In this document: piece by piece, positions 14,510 to 29,880 of the stretch | How positions within the stretch are numbered: the first letter of the stretch is position 1 | How the letters are laid out: each line of letters begins with the position of its first letter | Assembly (NCBI GenBank): GCA_964016885.1 | Contig: OZ024743.1 | Location: 265,112,001-265,176,000, forward strand | Length of the DNA stretch: 64,000 nucleotides | From: Eledone cirrhosa | Lineage: Eukaryota | Direction of reading: 5' to 3' | The notes under the pieces: generated by a model | Told to the model about the DNA's origin: nothing | The model's database searches: none | The model's input: the letters and a program-made list of their open reading frames with translations, nothing else | Made by a program: the position numbers and the translations under genes

Positions 14510-15249
14510 TTTTTTTTATATATATTTTTATGTGTATTTGAGGTATACATTCGTATGCGTGCGGGTACAGTCGTTGCGTGGGTTCTGTATGTGCGTGCGT
14601 GTTTTTTTTTTGTTTTTTGTTTTTTTTTTGTTTTTTGTTTTTTTGTTTTTTGCTTTTTGTTTTTTGTTTTTTTGTGTACGTGCGTGTATTTGTATACCTA
14701 TGGCGAGTGTTTTCGCGTATGCTTGTGTATGTACGTATATGGATGCCTGTATGTATTTCAATTACCTCTGTATTTTATTTACTTTATTCTTAACTCTGAA
14801 GCCGAGAATCAGTCGGTTTCCTAGTTAGAATTTTAGTCAATGACTTCAGTTATACCATTTACGTGGTTTTGTCTTTGCGTGCAATTGTTCTCCCCGCTCC
14901 ACATATAAGGTATTATTTCCGTTCATTGCCAGAGAACGTCTCTATGAACAACTTAATAGAATATTAGTCTACGACTTCTTTTAAACCATAAACATGGTTT
15001 TGTCTTTGCGTCTAATTGTTTTTCACCGCTCCAAATAATTACGTATTATATTCGTTTTTTCCCGTTCTTTGCCAGGGAACGTTTCCACGAACCAATGCAT
15101 CGTCTTCCTGTCTTTATCCGGTTGCAACGTTTTTTGAAATATTCACTTCTGCGTTCACAGTTTGACTTTGTTAGTTTCAGAAGATCCCGTTAAGGGTGAG
15201 AGCAGCGATTCTTTGCTTAAACTTTAATCTGTTATTTTTATATATATAA

Positions 15250-15282
<33 letters not shown>

Positions 15283-15846
15283 GGATTTTGTCAGAGGTAA
15301 ATAATTTAATGGAGATCGAGTGATGCAACTTCGAGCGATTAGCGGCCTCTAGATATATATTTATCCTTATCGAGCCTTCTTTGGATTTTTGTCTTCAAAA
15401 TTATTATTATTATTATATATATATATATTATAAACGTTTGAATTTGTAAAGCCAAACAATGCAGGTATGGACATAGAATAAAAAAAATGCAAAAGATATT
15501 GTTGACAATTAGTCTCTTACCTTAGATTTATTTAAATGTCCTTAATTTTCGAGAAAATATCTCTTCTTCGGAGGGAAGTAAAACGGTTAAACCAGTGTTC
15601 TAAATGGCTTGCGAAGTCATGCTGACAGGAAATGGTATAGAGTATCTGTTCTATCTCTAATGTCAAAGAGTTAAGGTTAGGTGGATAAAGAGTAGTCTCC
15701 CTTTAAAAGGTTTTTTTTTGTACATATCTGTTTAAGTGTGTGGGAGAATGCGTGAATGTGTAAGTATGTGTGTGTGTGTGTGAGTGTGAGAAGATATGTA
15801 TATACGTAAATGTGGGGATAGATGTTCTCTCATGTTATAACTGGTC

Positions 15847-15936
<90 letters not shown>

Positions 15937-15999
15937 TGCGATGTATGTGGGGGGTGTAACAATGGGGCTAGATGCTCTATCAAGTTATAAATTGGGTGT

Positions 16000-17096
16000 T
16001 GAGTTCTAGTCTATTATTGATCGGTGGTCGTGTTTTTTCTATAATTAGTGCTTCCTTAATTCTAAGATTGCCGAGGTTTCTTCCCTTAGTTTCTATCCTA
16101 ACTGTCATGGTTTTGTCGGTATTTTTGCATTTCACTAGGTGTTTCTTAAATGAGGAAGCGTTAGTATTGAGGTGTTCTTTTATTCTTATGTGGAGTGGTC
16201 TGGTGGTGCTACCTACGTAGATGTTGCTTCATTTGTCGCACTCTAGTCTGTATACGACGTAAGCTTGGTGGCATAGGTCTGTGTCGTTGATGAGGTAGTT
16301 GGCTAGCTGGCAGCGGTTGCCATGTCTGGTGGAGTGTCGTTTGGTTAGCTGTCCGCGTAGAGAAGGTCCTGAATGGGCCAGTTGGATATCTAGTCCCTCT
16401 CATCTGATAGCTCTGCTGATGGCTGTTGTTGTTTCGTCACTGAAGTGTGGGAATTTCAGGCAGCAAGTGTAAATGCCTCGGGTGTGGTGTCCTCTGTTCT
16501 TTCTGGCACGGTTTGTGGTGGATGTCGTGTATCCGTTCAGTTTGAGTACTTCCAGGAAATATGTGGTGTGTGTGTCTCGGTCTCTAGCGTCGGTGCATTT
16601 GTTCCGGATACGTGTAGTTCGTTCCTTATGTATCCGAACTTAGCGCCGGCTGGGAGGGCCGATCTGAAACTGGACAGGGATCCGCGGTCATCGGGGTGTT
16701 CCATGCTTAACTTTATATTGGCGTCCATGCTGGAGAATGTTGTGTATATTTTATCCGCCTCATCACGGGATAATGTGAGAATGAGTATGTCATCTACATA
16801 TCGGGTGAAGAAGGTATGGGAATGGCAGGTGTTGAGGGCTCGGCATTCTAGCTGGTTCATATAGGTGATGGCCAGCAGGCCCGATAGGCTAGGTCCCATG
16901 GGTAATCCTGTTATCTGTCTGTATGTGTGGTGGTGGAAGGTGAAGTACGTGTTGTCCACTGTGAAGGACAAAAGCTGGTGTATGTCCGTCGGATGGAGGC
17001 CGTAGCAGTAGATGTCATCTGCGACCACGCAGTCCGTCAATAAATCGACAGCTGGGTGGGCGGGGACTGTAGTGTAGAGGCTAAAGGCGTATATGT
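16000..17096 (-). pseudogene. Inverted duplicate of the PLE RT/GIY-YIG region
   Basis: ORF 16537-17121 (SLYTTVP, GLPMGPSLSGLLA, RYVDD) is nearly identical to 18274-18990. Confidence 0.9.
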
Positions 17097-17249
17097 TTAT
17101 TATCTCGAAAATTAAGGACATTTAAATAAATCTAAAATAAAAGATTAATTGTCAACAATACCTTTTGCATTTGCATTTTTTTTTAATTCTATGTCCATAC
17201 CTGAATTGTTTGGCTTTACAAATTGAAACGTTTATACTTTATTACACAA

Positions 17250-19743
17250 TGTTTCAAGCGAACTATAACTTCCTCCTTTCCTTACGCCTGAGCCAGGCCC
17301 AATTCACAACTGTAAAGAAACTCTTCCAGCTATCTGAAAAGCGCTCCAAAGCCGGCTGTCAAATAAACTTCCTAAAACAATGCCTGAATAACAACACCAT
17401 CTCCCATACTATCAAAACTTGCACCTACCAACATGCTTCAAATCACCAGGCCTCAAACGATCACTTAGCTACATACAAAAATTCTACCTAAGAAAACTCG
17501 TACAACACCTACACCGCACGCTACGACAACACATACGGACTATTTCCAGCCATGTACCACAACTCGCTGAAACCCCAGAACCTCTCTCCAGAGTTATCTC
17601 CGCCGCTATAGACAGGTCATACTACCATCGCCGAGACTACGAGAAAATACGCCTAACGCAAACATTTCTCAAACTCAGCACGGCTAACCTTCTTAACAAC
17701 ATCCCAACTCTAAGCACCAACAGAGACGAACAAGACGGTACCAACACCGAACATAGCAGCGCCCTGACCAACAACACACTTGACGCAAAACACCTCGTCA
17801 CAGACTTGACAGGATCCCTCTCTCGAGAGGAATTAGACCTCCTCAGCCTGGGTCCCAAGTTCATATTGAAACAGAGACTGGACGACAAATTATGGCTCGA
17901 CTTAGAAACGAATTTCTGTCGGGCTGCCTACCAACTAAAATGGATATCGACTCTCGGCAACAACACCACGGAATCTAACAAACCCAGATTCCCGATATAC
18001 CAACTGGATCGCCCACTGTTTCCACCGCCTGCCAACGGCGAGCTTGAAGAAAAACTCTCGAGGCTAAAACATTCCGTATTTAACATCTTACGGAAAGAGA
18101 AGAAGATATCCCCAAACCTCTTAAGGACAACAACTCGTCCTGAAGTACCTACGGAATAGGGAAATTATATACTTACCATCCGACAAAGGTAAAGAGTTTT
18201 GCGTCATCTCTCAAGCAACATACAACAACCTAGCCTTTGAAAACCTAAGCGACAATGAACAGAGATCCCGGATATGACTGCAGCCCAGATCGAAAAACAG
18301 AGCAACTCCATCTGGTCCGACATCTGTAGCAGAAGACAACTCCCAAATAAAGTTAATCACAACTCCACCACTAGAAATAGCAGAATGCCCCCTTTCTACC
18401 ACCTCATCAAGACCCACAGGAATAGTACTAAGACACACATAAGACCCATCGTCTCTAGCATAAAAGGACCCCTATACACAATCTCCTGGCTCCTCTCCCA
18501 GGTCTTCAAGCCTCTACTCTGCACCTTTCCCGGACATGTCAGTAGCTCCGACGAAATCATACGTAGACTACACCAACACCAGCCAGAACAACTTAAACTA
18601 AATAGATACGCCTTTAGTCTCGCAGATGACATCTACTGCTACGGCCTCCATCCGACGGACCAGCTTTTGTCCTTCACAGTGGACAACACGTACTTCACCT
18701 TCCACCACCACACATACAGACAGATAACAGGATTACCCATGGGACCTAGCCTATGGGGCCTGCTGGCCATCACCTATATGAACCAGCTAGAATGCCGAGC
18801 CCTCAACACCTGCCATTTCCATACCTTCTTCACCCGATATGTAGATGACATACTCATCCTTACATTATCCCGTGATGAGGCGGATAAAATATACACAACA
18901 TTCTCCAGCATGGACGCCAATATAAAGTTCAGCATGGAACACCCCGATGACGCGGATCCCTATCCCTACTGGACTTCCAACTCAGGGTAACAGAGGAAGG
19001 CAACATCCACACCTGCTTCTATAAAAAACCGCCAGCAGGGACCTGTTCGTACATTTCAGACCGGCCCTCCCAGCTGGCGCTAAGTTCGGATACATAAGGA
19101 ACGAACTACACGTATCCGGAACAAATGCACCGACGCTAGAGACCGAGACACACACACCACATATTTCCTGGAAGTACTCAAACTGAACGGATACACGACA
19201 TCCACCACAAACCGTGCCAGAAAGAACAGAGGACACCACAACTGAGGCACTTACACTTGCTGCCTGAATCTCCCACACTTCAGTGACGAAACAACAACAG
19301 CCATCCACAGAACTATCAGACGAGAGGGACTAGATATCCAACTGGCCCACTCAGGATCTTCTCTACGCGGACAGCTAACCAAAAGACACTCCACCAGGCA
19401 TGACAACCGCTGCCGGGTAGCCAACTTCCCCATCAACGACACAGACCTATGCCACCAGGCTTACGTCGTATACAGACTAGAGTGCGACAAATGCAGCAAC
19501 TTCTACGTAGGTAGTACCACCAGAACACACCACATAAGAATAAAAGAACACATCAATACTAACGTTTCCTCAATTAAGAAACACCTAGTGAAATGAAAAA
19601 ACACCGACAAAACCATAACAGTTCGGATAGAAACTAAGGAAGGAAACCTCGGGAATCTTAGGATTAAGGAAGCACTAATTATAAACCAAACACAACCACC
19701 AACCAATAATAGACTAGAACTCAACACCCAATTTATAACTTGA
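17250..19743 (+). pseudogene. PLE ORF (RT + GIY-YIG), frameshifted
   Basis: LLSLGPKF, IRPIVS, YRQITGLPMGPSL, TRYVDD, and VYRLECDKCSNFYVGSTTR..IRIKEH at ~19468-19551. Confidence 0.9.
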
Positions 19744-19916
19744 TAGAGCATCTAGCCCCATGCTTATACCCCTCCCCCACACACACGCACGCACACACAC
19801 ACACATACGCTTACACCTCCACTTATTCTCTCTCACACACACACACACACAAAGACCAGTTCTAACACGAGAGAACATATATCCCCCACATTTACTTACA
19901 GACATATCTTCTCACA

Positions 19917-19967
<51 letters not shown>

Positions 19968-20156
19968 CTACTTACACATTCACGCATTCTACCATACACT
20001 TAAACAGACATGTACAAAAAAAACTTTTAAAGGGAGACTACTCTTTATCCACCTAACCTTAACTCTTTGACATTAGAGATAGAACAGATACTCTATACCA
20101 TTTCCTGTCAGCATGACTTGGCAGGCTATTTAAAACAGTGGTTTAACCGCTTTACT

Positions 20157-20195
20157 TCCCTCCGAAGAAGAGATATTATCTCGAAAATTAAGGAC
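20157..20195 (+). ncRNA. Minimal HHR-like motif in PLE pLTR (U4C variant; mirror copy ~15539-15576 -)
   Basis: cct CCGAAGA a gagat-att-atctc GAAA at TA agg, with palindromic AATT stem III. Confidence 0.5.
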
Positions 20196-20346
20196 ATTTA
20201 AATAAATCTAAGGTAAAAGACGAATTGTCAACAATATCTTTTCCATTTGCATTTTTTTAATGCTATGTCCATACCTGCATTGTTTGGCTTTACAAATTCA
20301 AACGTTTATACCTCATTACACAATGCTTCAAGTGAACTATAACTTC

Positions 20347-20380
<34 letters not shown>

Positions 20381-20385
<5 letters not shown>

Positions 20386-20966
20386 ATATTTGGGGAGGGT
20401 CATATTTGCGTAATATTGCCAGAATTAATAACAGAACACACTCACTGTTTGGTTGGTTTTCGCTTCTCGCTGTCTTTTATATATATATATCTGCGATCTA
20501 ACTTACTCGGTCCTCAATGTTGCCATTGACTGACCGGCGGTCAAAAATAATACAGGTACAATATAGACGAACACATATATATATAGTTTACATAAATCTT
20601 TCGTTGCACATCTGCAACATCGTCAGTGGTGTTATATTCATTGTTCCTCCTGTTGTGTTGTATGTCTACGCCATTTTTTTTTGTTCAGTCTGTCTATATA
20701 TTTATTTATTTATTTGCTTGTTTGTTTATCTTATTTTATTTTGTCTTCTTTGCGCATGCGTTTGCGTGTGTGTATAGTGTGATGTGTGACTAGTGTGTAT
20801 CGTGTTGTGTCTGCTGGGTGACTAGTGTGTGTTTATGTGCTTGTGTATGTATTTATTTATCTTATTTTATTTAATTTAATTTACTTATTTATTTATACTT
20901 CTCTTAGGTCAGTGTTGTTTGTTTGGGTGTTGTTGTTGTTCCACTCATTCTTTCTGTTTAGCTAAA
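20381..20966 (-). mobile_element. Solo pseudo-LTR/3' end of the PLE family found at 23243-24115
   Basis: Minus strand encodes LNRKNEWNNN (compare KLNRKYEWNSN), followed by GCGCATGCG, an HHR motif and the ATGACCCTCCCCAA tail. Confidence 0.7.
20590..20632 (-). ncRNA. Minimal type I hammerhead (stem I eroded)
   Basis: CTGACGA t gttgca-gatg-tgcaac GAAA gatt TA. Confidence 0.65.
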
Positions 20967-20980
20967 CTAATTCATCGCCG

Positions 20981-21967
<987 letters not shown>

Positions 21968-22018
21968 ATATATATATATATACATTTTGTATATATATAT
22001 ATAGTTTTAATATAGATG

Positions 22019-22069
22019 AGATTCTACAGGACTAGAACTGTTTCATTCTTTAGAAATCATCAGGCATCT
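22019..22069 (-). ncRNA. Type I hammerhead
   Basis: agatgc CTGATGA t ttc-taaa-gaa t GAAA cag-ttctagtc-ctg TA gaatct. Stem I has one mismatch. Confidence 0.75.
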
Positions 22070-22145
22070 GGCTTTCCAAAATAAATGTTGTGGTATTTAT
22101 ATCTTTTCAGACGGTAGAAGAGGGCGTCCTTTGGGATGGGTGGAG

Positions 22146-22496
22146 GTCATTGGTTGAAAGAAAAGGGAATTCATTAAAATCTAATACTTTAAGGCTATAA
22201 TTTATAATTAGAGTGACAAAAGGCAGAAAGAATTTTATAAACAGGTTCAGGTTGGGGTGCCAATCCTTATATTTAAGTTTCTCTTAAGCTAACAATGCCT
22301 ATATTTCAGGTGTCTATAATATGGTTGGCGGTCGGTCATGGTAGATGGATTTAAAGAAAAGGGAAATTATTTTTAAAACTAATTCTTTAAAGCTCTACTT
22401 AGAGTGACAAAGGCCATGAGAATTCTATAAACCAGTTCAAAATATTGGGCGCCTATCATTATTGTCATGTTTCTCTTAAGCTATATTCCAGGTGTC
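22146..22496. repeat. Diverged ~185-bp tandem duplication next to an HHR
   Basis: AAAGAAAAGGGAA..TTAGAGTGACAAA..GTTTCTCTTAAGCTA..CAGGTGTC occurs twice. Confidence 0.75.
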
Positions 22497-22499
22497 AAC

Positions 22500-23135
<636 letters not shown>

Positions 23136-23450
23136 TGTACTTATTAGATACACCTAAAACGACGGGATGGTCGTGGCTGGAATACCGTTGATCATAATGG
23201 AATTCTGTGGTTTAGTCAAGGTTGACCTAGGGCTAAACAACCTTTGCCCCTCAGGTGAAGGGGCCTTACTATCATGGGACGGGAATATTGTGATGGGAAT
23301 GGAGGATTTGTTTTTTGTTGTTAATGGTATCTAACCAGAGCTCTGTGTCTAGTACAGGTAATCGATGGTTGGGGTGTTTACTTGGGTAGTCTATAGTAAC
23401 TCTAATGCTCTGGTGGATGTACTGAAGGACAATGTAGAGACAAAAATATA

Positions 23451-23720
23451 GTGTACATAGGTGAGACAGCCCGTAGTGTAGGGGAACGGATAAATGAACA
23501 CTGGCGAGACCTTCAAGATAATAAAGAATCATCTGTACTCTACCAACATGCTAATATAGAACACAAGGGTAAATTAGAGAACATAGAAATAAAAATAGAA
23601 TCTACACACAGAAAAGACGCAATGTTTAGACAAATTACAGAGGCAATAAACATAAAAGAATTACAACCAAAATTAAATAGAAAATATGAGTGGAACAGCA
23701 ACATCACAACTTACAATTAA
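23451..23720 (+). pseudogene. GIY-YIG endonuclease C-terminal fragment
   Basis: YIGETARSVGERINEH..H..EH..RQITEAINI..LNRK. Confidence 0.85.
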
Positions 23721-23915
23721 GGACAAATTGAAAACACACACACACATAGAACAAACAACCAACCAGTAACATGTAAATAAACAAATAAATAAATGAACAT
23801 AAACACACACAGACACCCGGATGTGGCGCATGCGCAGACTGAGCACACAACACACACACAGAAACAAAATGGCGTAGGACAGAACAAAGGAGAGGCACAG
23901 AAACAAGGAATCCCC

Positions 23916-23960
23916 AGTCACTGAAGAGGTCACAGAGTGTGTGACGAAAGAACTATGACT
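23916..23960 (+). ncRNA. Minimal type I hammerhead in PLE pLTR
   Basis: agtca CTGAAGA g gtcaca-gagtg-tgtgac GAAA gaac TA tgact. 5-bp stem I, 6-bp stem II. Confidence 0.85.
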
Positions 23961-24170
23961 ATATATAAACAACTATCTGGTTGTGGAACCAACCAACCAA
24001 CCAGAAATTTATAAATTTATAAATTTATTATAAATTTATTATAATAAATTGAAGTGAAAGCAACTGGTGCTTGTGTTTCTTATTGGCAACATGACCCTCC
24101 CAAAGTATAACAATATCGGTTTCAACACACGATTTCAGATAAAGAATCTTGCTAAACAAATTCAGAAACG

Positions 24171-24222
<52 letters not shown>

Positions 24223-24230
<8 letters not shown>

Positions 24231-24938
24231 CGTAAAATAAGAAAATTATAAAATTAACTTACTTACTAAAATATCACTTCCAGAAACTAATTAGTTGGAA
24301 GTGATATTTTAGTAAGTAAATTAATTTTATAATTTTCTTGTTTTACGTCTCTCATATTATTGTTCTGCAACCCCATACATTGAACCACACAGTTACTAAG
24401 ACAAAACCTATATATTTGCTAGCATTGATATGCATCTGTATGTATATATATGTTACTAGATATTAATTCTTTATAATTATCTGAAAATTATTTGTCGAGC
24501 AATATTGGCCATGACTGCTGCTATGGTAGCAGGCAGGCCGCTGTCTTATTAGCAAACCACTTTCCACTGATTGACCTCGATGTCACGTGATTGATTCTTT
24601 TTGAATTTGCCACCGACGTAGAGGCAATGATTTTCTCAATGGCTAGGAATTCCGTCCACGCTTTGCCTGGATACTTAGATGAGAATAGTCTTCCCTGACA
24701 ACGGAATGATTCTCCATGTTTTCTTCGGAAAATATATTTATTCCATTCCAGAAACTAATTATTTGGATGTGATATTTTAGTAAGTAAGTTAATTTTATAA
24801 TTTTCTTATTTTACGTCTCTCATATTATTGTTCTGCAACCCCATGCATTGAGCCACAAAGTTACTAAGAAAAAACCTATATATTTGCTAGCATTGATATG
24901 CATCTGTATGTATATATATGATACTAGATATTAATTCT
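24223..24938 (+). mobile_element. Non-coding 468-bp monomer, partial tandem, with 5' inversion
   Basis: GTGATATTTTAGTAAGTA at 24301 and 24769. 24223-24282 is an inverted copy. Decayed CTGACAA...GAAA at ~24696-24732. Confidence 0.7.
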
Positions 24939-24939
24939 T

Positions 24940-25010
24940 TATATATATATATATATATATATATACGTATGTGTGTATATGTGTATATATATACATATAT
25001 ATATACACAC

Positions 25011-25051
<41 letters not shown>

Positions 25052-25054
25052 AAT

Positions 25055-25093
<39 letters not shown>

Positions 25094-25119
25094 TATATGT
25101 GTTTATGTTTATATATATA

Positions 25120-25187
<68 letters not shown>

Positions 25188-25263
25188 TATTTGTGTATGT
25201 GTATTTATGTATTTTGTATGTGTACATATGTGTATATATATATGTATATATATATATATATAA

Positions 25264-25319
<56 letters not shown>

Positions 25320-25520
25320 ATGTATATATATATATGTATACATATATATGTATATGTATGTATATATATATATATATGTATATAAATATGTGTATATGTA
25401 TATATATATGTATACATATATATGTATATGTATGTATATATATATATATATGTATATAAATATGTGTATATGTATATATATATGTATACATATATATGTA
25501 TATGTATGTATATATTATAC
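24940..25520. repeat. (TA)n/(TG)n compound satellite
   Basis: Read directly from the sequence. Confidence 0.95.
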
Positions 25521-25521
25521 A

Positions 25522-25648
25522 TTAGCCGTCGAAACGCCACGCGCTCTGCCGTCGGGGTCATACTTTCTCCTATTATCCCCTCCACTACCCTAAGTATTGA
25601 GTACCCTGGTGCGTTATGACCCATCTGGTTCCTTACCACAACTCCTCC

Positions 25649-25652
<4 letters not shown>
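25522..25652 (+). mobile_element. 3' fragment of the HHR element family at 33525-34205
   Basis: TAGCCGTCGAAAC..CTCTGCCGTCGGGGTCATAC..CCCTAAGTATTGAGTA is shared with that element. Confidence 0.75.
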
Positions 25653-25722
<70 letters not shown>

Positions 25723-27433
25723 ATATATATTCATACATATACGTGTGAGCGTGTGTGTGCGCGCGTCATAGAGAGATAGAGAGCGTTGGAAGAGGTAAAA
25801 ATGAAATTAAATGGAACTGAAATAACTTCAATTCTCCCTAGGTTGGTGTGATATGTAGAAGTCTGAGATTGTTTTTAATATCATGTCATATTAGTGAAAC
25901 AACTCATCAGTTTTCCGGTTCAGGATTTACCATGTAAACATTAACAGCAGTTTGGTGCTGTCTACCGAAACTTGGAACTCGCAATTTTGGACAGTTGTCA
26001 ACTGGCCAACGCTTACGGTACTAAGTCTTTTCACTTTGGCTAGAATTTCTTTTCTTTTGTTTGATTGTTTGTTTGTTCATTTCTATCTTTCTTTCTTTCA
26101 CTCTTTTTTTCTTCTTTCTTTCTTCCTTTCTTACTTTATTTCTTTCTCTCTTTCTATCATGACTACGTTCTTACTTCCTTTTTTACGCTTCTCGCTTCTT
26201 TCACGGTAATTTCTCCGCCTACGTGAAACACACTCACCAACAAAAACCACCACCCCTACCACAACCACCATTATCACCACCACCAATACTACCTTCACCA
26301 CCCTAACGAAACCACCACTAATACCACTTAACGTATTATAGTTTCATCGCTATAGACTCTCACGCTTTCTTTTTTACTTTCTTTCCCTCATTACTTTTTT
26401 TCTTTCTTACTTTCATTTTCTTTATGCTTCTCACAGTCAATTCTGTCTAGAAATTCTACATTTTATGAACACGACCATCACAACCGCTTAACTCTTATCA
26501 CCTCGCCATACTCATTTTTATTCTTTCGTATTTTTACTACTTTCCTTCTTTCATTCTTTATACACACTTTCATTCGTTTACAAACATGGTATTACGATTA
26601 CATAAACTTGTTACTAACAACATATTTAGACATACACCGCCATTGAAGTGTTCACTTCTTTCACAATAAGTACAACTAAAACAACCACAATCCCACAGCT
26701 CCTATCATTTTCCCGTTGCCTGACATTTTTTTAAATATATACTATATGTATAATAAACTAAGAAGTAAGGAACTTCGGTTGCTATTTATGTGCGACTTCA
26801 TGATATGAACAGCGATGATCGTGACTGCAAGCAGACGAAGGCCGTGTTGAGTCTACCTAACTTGTCTTATGCTTAGAACCAAAACAATAATAATATCAAT
26901 TAGAATAAAATAAAGTTAAAAGTTCGTATTTTCATGCATTCCTTAAAGGATTTTGTCTTTAATAGTTTCTGCCTACTTGCACTTTCGAATGGTGGTGAAC
27001 AAGCCAAAAGTACAACCGTATTGGCGATACAGTTTCAATTTACAATTCAATCATGAGCATGATTGTATCATAATTAAATTTAATTTGTAATCACTGCATG
27101 TCCTTGCGATGAAATCTACTGCAGGACATATGGAGAATATTTCATGCAGACCCTAGGTCTATAAATGTCAGTATTTGTAATTGGCCAGACATACGTCCTA
27201 TTTGCTATTCGCTGGGAGAGGAGTGAGCACATATCAGATGTGTACTCTGTGCATGGGAAGAAGTAGATTTTGGTGGGATCTTCTCGTGAATATTTTCATC
27301 TTTCAACGATATATACCGGCTAAATATTTTAATACACGAGCACAAAAAAACTCTTTCTTTCTCTCTCACTCTCACTCCCCCCTCTCTTTCTCTCTCTCTC
27401 CACTCCCCCTCTCTCTCTCACACACACACACAC

Positions 27434-27478
<45 letters not shown>

Positions 27479-28087
27479 AACAGTAATTGGGAACTCCTGT
27501 TCTGATGTTAACAAAGTACGTCATTGTGACCACTTATGCTGACCTTTTGGCAGACGCGGCTCAATTTCTTTTGTTTCAAAATCTGGCGTCACCCATTCTG
27601 AAAAAGGGAGTCATTTGCAGTTTATCAGAGATTAACTATACACATTATGCTCTGCTCTTTCAAAGGAGGCATCACACGGGAGCCGCTCTAGTAAGTAGAA
27701 AGATGTAGCACTTACTCAAACACTCTGAACCTCTCGACAAGTGCCTGACAGCAATTCTTCCATTGACACTTCATCAACAATCAATCCTCTGTCTCTTTAA
27801 CTCCACAACTCAGCCTGGATATATTTACGGTTTACTGCTATCAGGTAGTTACATACGATCGACTACAACTTTTCACCCTTCTTTTAAGGGGACAATCCAT
27901 GGTAATAAAAAAGATTTACTGAACACTATTCATTTGTGAATACTATAATCAAACATTAGATTTATGGTTCGAAGTAAACATGGTTTTTTTTTCCATTTTA
28001 CAGAAGTGAAGTAAAGATACATATTCAACCAGAATTCTTAGGATGTGTTGTGTTCGTCAATTCTACATGGACAAATAAAAGATTTGC

Positions 28088-28133
<46 letters not shown>

Positions 28134-28429
28134 CTGGCACGTTGTGATGTATGATGTTTCGTTGAAATTCGGTTCTACACGTTTAATGCTGGGGGTACAG
28201 GAGTGATGATTCTGCCACTTTAAAATATTTCCACTTAATGTTTCCAGTTAATGTAGGCTTATACTATTTCTTTCGGCTTATACCATTTCTTTTAAATGAC
28301 AATTTATGACAGAGTATGCACTAAACTCAGATTCACCATACTATCGGTCTCTGAAAGTGTTGAACCAGGTCTAAAAAGCAAACTTCACAGCAGTTATATT
28401 AAATGATGACGTCGTAACAGCGAATGGAC

Positions 28430-29880
28430 CCTCATAAATAGAGAGAAATTCGATTAAGGAGAAAATAGGGTAGACATTGAGAAATCAAAAGCTTTGAATG
28501 TTTATGCTTATGGGTAAAGTGTATGTCCACCGCCTATTAATATTTTCTGATGCTGTGTAAATCTGTAAGTTCTGTGGTATTAACACTTTTGATGAAGCTG
28601 CTAAAGTATTTATATAAATTGTTTGTTTTCGTCATTTTACAATTTTCAATATTGGTCTCATGTACCAGCAGATGCTCTCTGCAGCTATACATTCCTTCCT
28701 GCTTTATTGCTTTCCAGATACGTAATCTATCAGGTGTACATTATTTATAAGAGGGTTAAAACATTGGTGGAATACATGGCATAATTACGTAGGTATATGA
28801 TGTCTTTTTGCTTTTATAGATTAGAGTAGTTTATACTTTACCATCCTGTCAGGTGTTGATTAAGGTTTGGTTAACATTTCAGTAAATGCTGTTGCTATGC
28901 ATCCATGGGTGCTGGTGAGGTCTATTCCTTGCCTTTTCCAGATTCTAACAGATCTCCATCTGCCAGTGATTTTCTCCCTGGTCATGTTGAGCCATGTTTG
29001 GGGTGCGATCGTGCTTTCTCTTCTTCCTTTTTGATCGATTGTGAATGTTTGCTACTATGCTCTGATTCCAGTGTTACCTCGTTTTTTTTTTTACGTTATA
29101 TTACACTTAGTAAGTAGAAATCATTTCCTTGGCTTTAACATTTTTTTGGCATTTAGGGAATTTTTTTTTCCCTAGGGTTTCTTCCCTATTAATGGGCAAC
29201 CCCCATTTCTCTTGATAGTATTACTGACGCTGAATTGAGCAGGCTATACAATTTGTAGATATTCAGTCTCTATTCAAGTGAATAAATTCCCCTCGGGCTC
29301 TATATTTATTTATTCTTTCTTAGAGTTGTTTATTATTTGGAGTTAGGGAAGGTATTTACTCCCAATCTTGATTATTGATTTCGCGATGTTCTCTACCATT
29401 TTCTTTATAACTTCAGTTATTCAATATTGACGTCTGGTAGATCTGTCACGGTGTGGATTTTATTCGGTTTGTAACAACGTGTGGCGCTGATGGTATATTT
29501 TTGTTGACTATGTATTTCGTTGAGTGTTTCTCTGGATTATATCTTTTTTTGTTTCTCTATTGTCACACTGAATAGGATTTTTTTATTTGCTCTGCTGTTT
29601 TCTTTGCTTCTTGTGGAGTAATAATTTCATCCTGATTTGGGTTCTCAAGTATCGTAGGTGTTGTGTTCCATTCTTTTTTTCGTTTGTATTTTTATTTATT
29701 TTTATGTTCTTTTCTGTTATACAAATTTATTTGTAGCTCATTGTTTTGGATGGTTAGTTGTTTTGTTTTATTTTCATAGTGTAATTTCGTCTATAAGTTT
29801 GTCTCTTTCGATTTTAGTGACGCTGAAACACGTAGAATAAATGTTAGCATGCTTCTTACTGTATTTTCCTGTTTTTCTAT
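28430..29880 (-). pseudogene. Very old PLE remnants (RT- and GIY-YIG-like pieces)
   Basis: Interrupted minus-strand motifs resembling AASSKC.TT.LT (~28570-28610), FDFS (~28475) and TIKRNG..INRE (~29185-29220). Confidence 0.35.

Larger units (their letters stand above)
12100..15240 (-). mobile_element. Penelope-like element (Naiad-like), 5'-truncated, with ~800-bp inverted pseudo-LTR
   Basis: Decayed RT/GIY-YIG at 13186-14410. 14411-15240 is the reverse complement of ~12100-12860. Confidence 0.85.
15430..20347 (+). mobile_element. Penelope-like element, near full length, with a 1.7-kb inverted 5' segment
   Basis: The pLTR piece at 17097-17273 repeats at 20175-20347. 15430-17096 is the reverse complement of ~18605-20310. 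RT and GIY-YIG motifs are present. Confidence 0.9.
23243..24115 (+). mobile_element. 5'-truncated PLE 3' end with inverted RT fragment
   Basis: The minus-strand RT piece IHQSIRVTIDYPSKH..LPVLD (23280-23430) is joined to a plus-strand GIY-YIG, followed by a pLTR with an HHR. Confidence 0.8.

Noticed and set aside
19593-19595. In-frame TGA at a Cys position in a PLE GIY-YIG (possible selenocysteine)
   Set aside because: The mirror arm has TGC at the same site, the copy has other disabling mutations, and no SECIS was recognised.
20205-20330. Possible intron in the PLE pLTR (AG|GTAA donor, pyrimidine tract)
   Set aside because: The donor is absent from the upstream pLTR copy and there is no clear acceptor before the ATG.
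25904-25910. Isolated minus-strand CTGATGA
   Set aside because: No downstream GAAA or stems; expected by chance.
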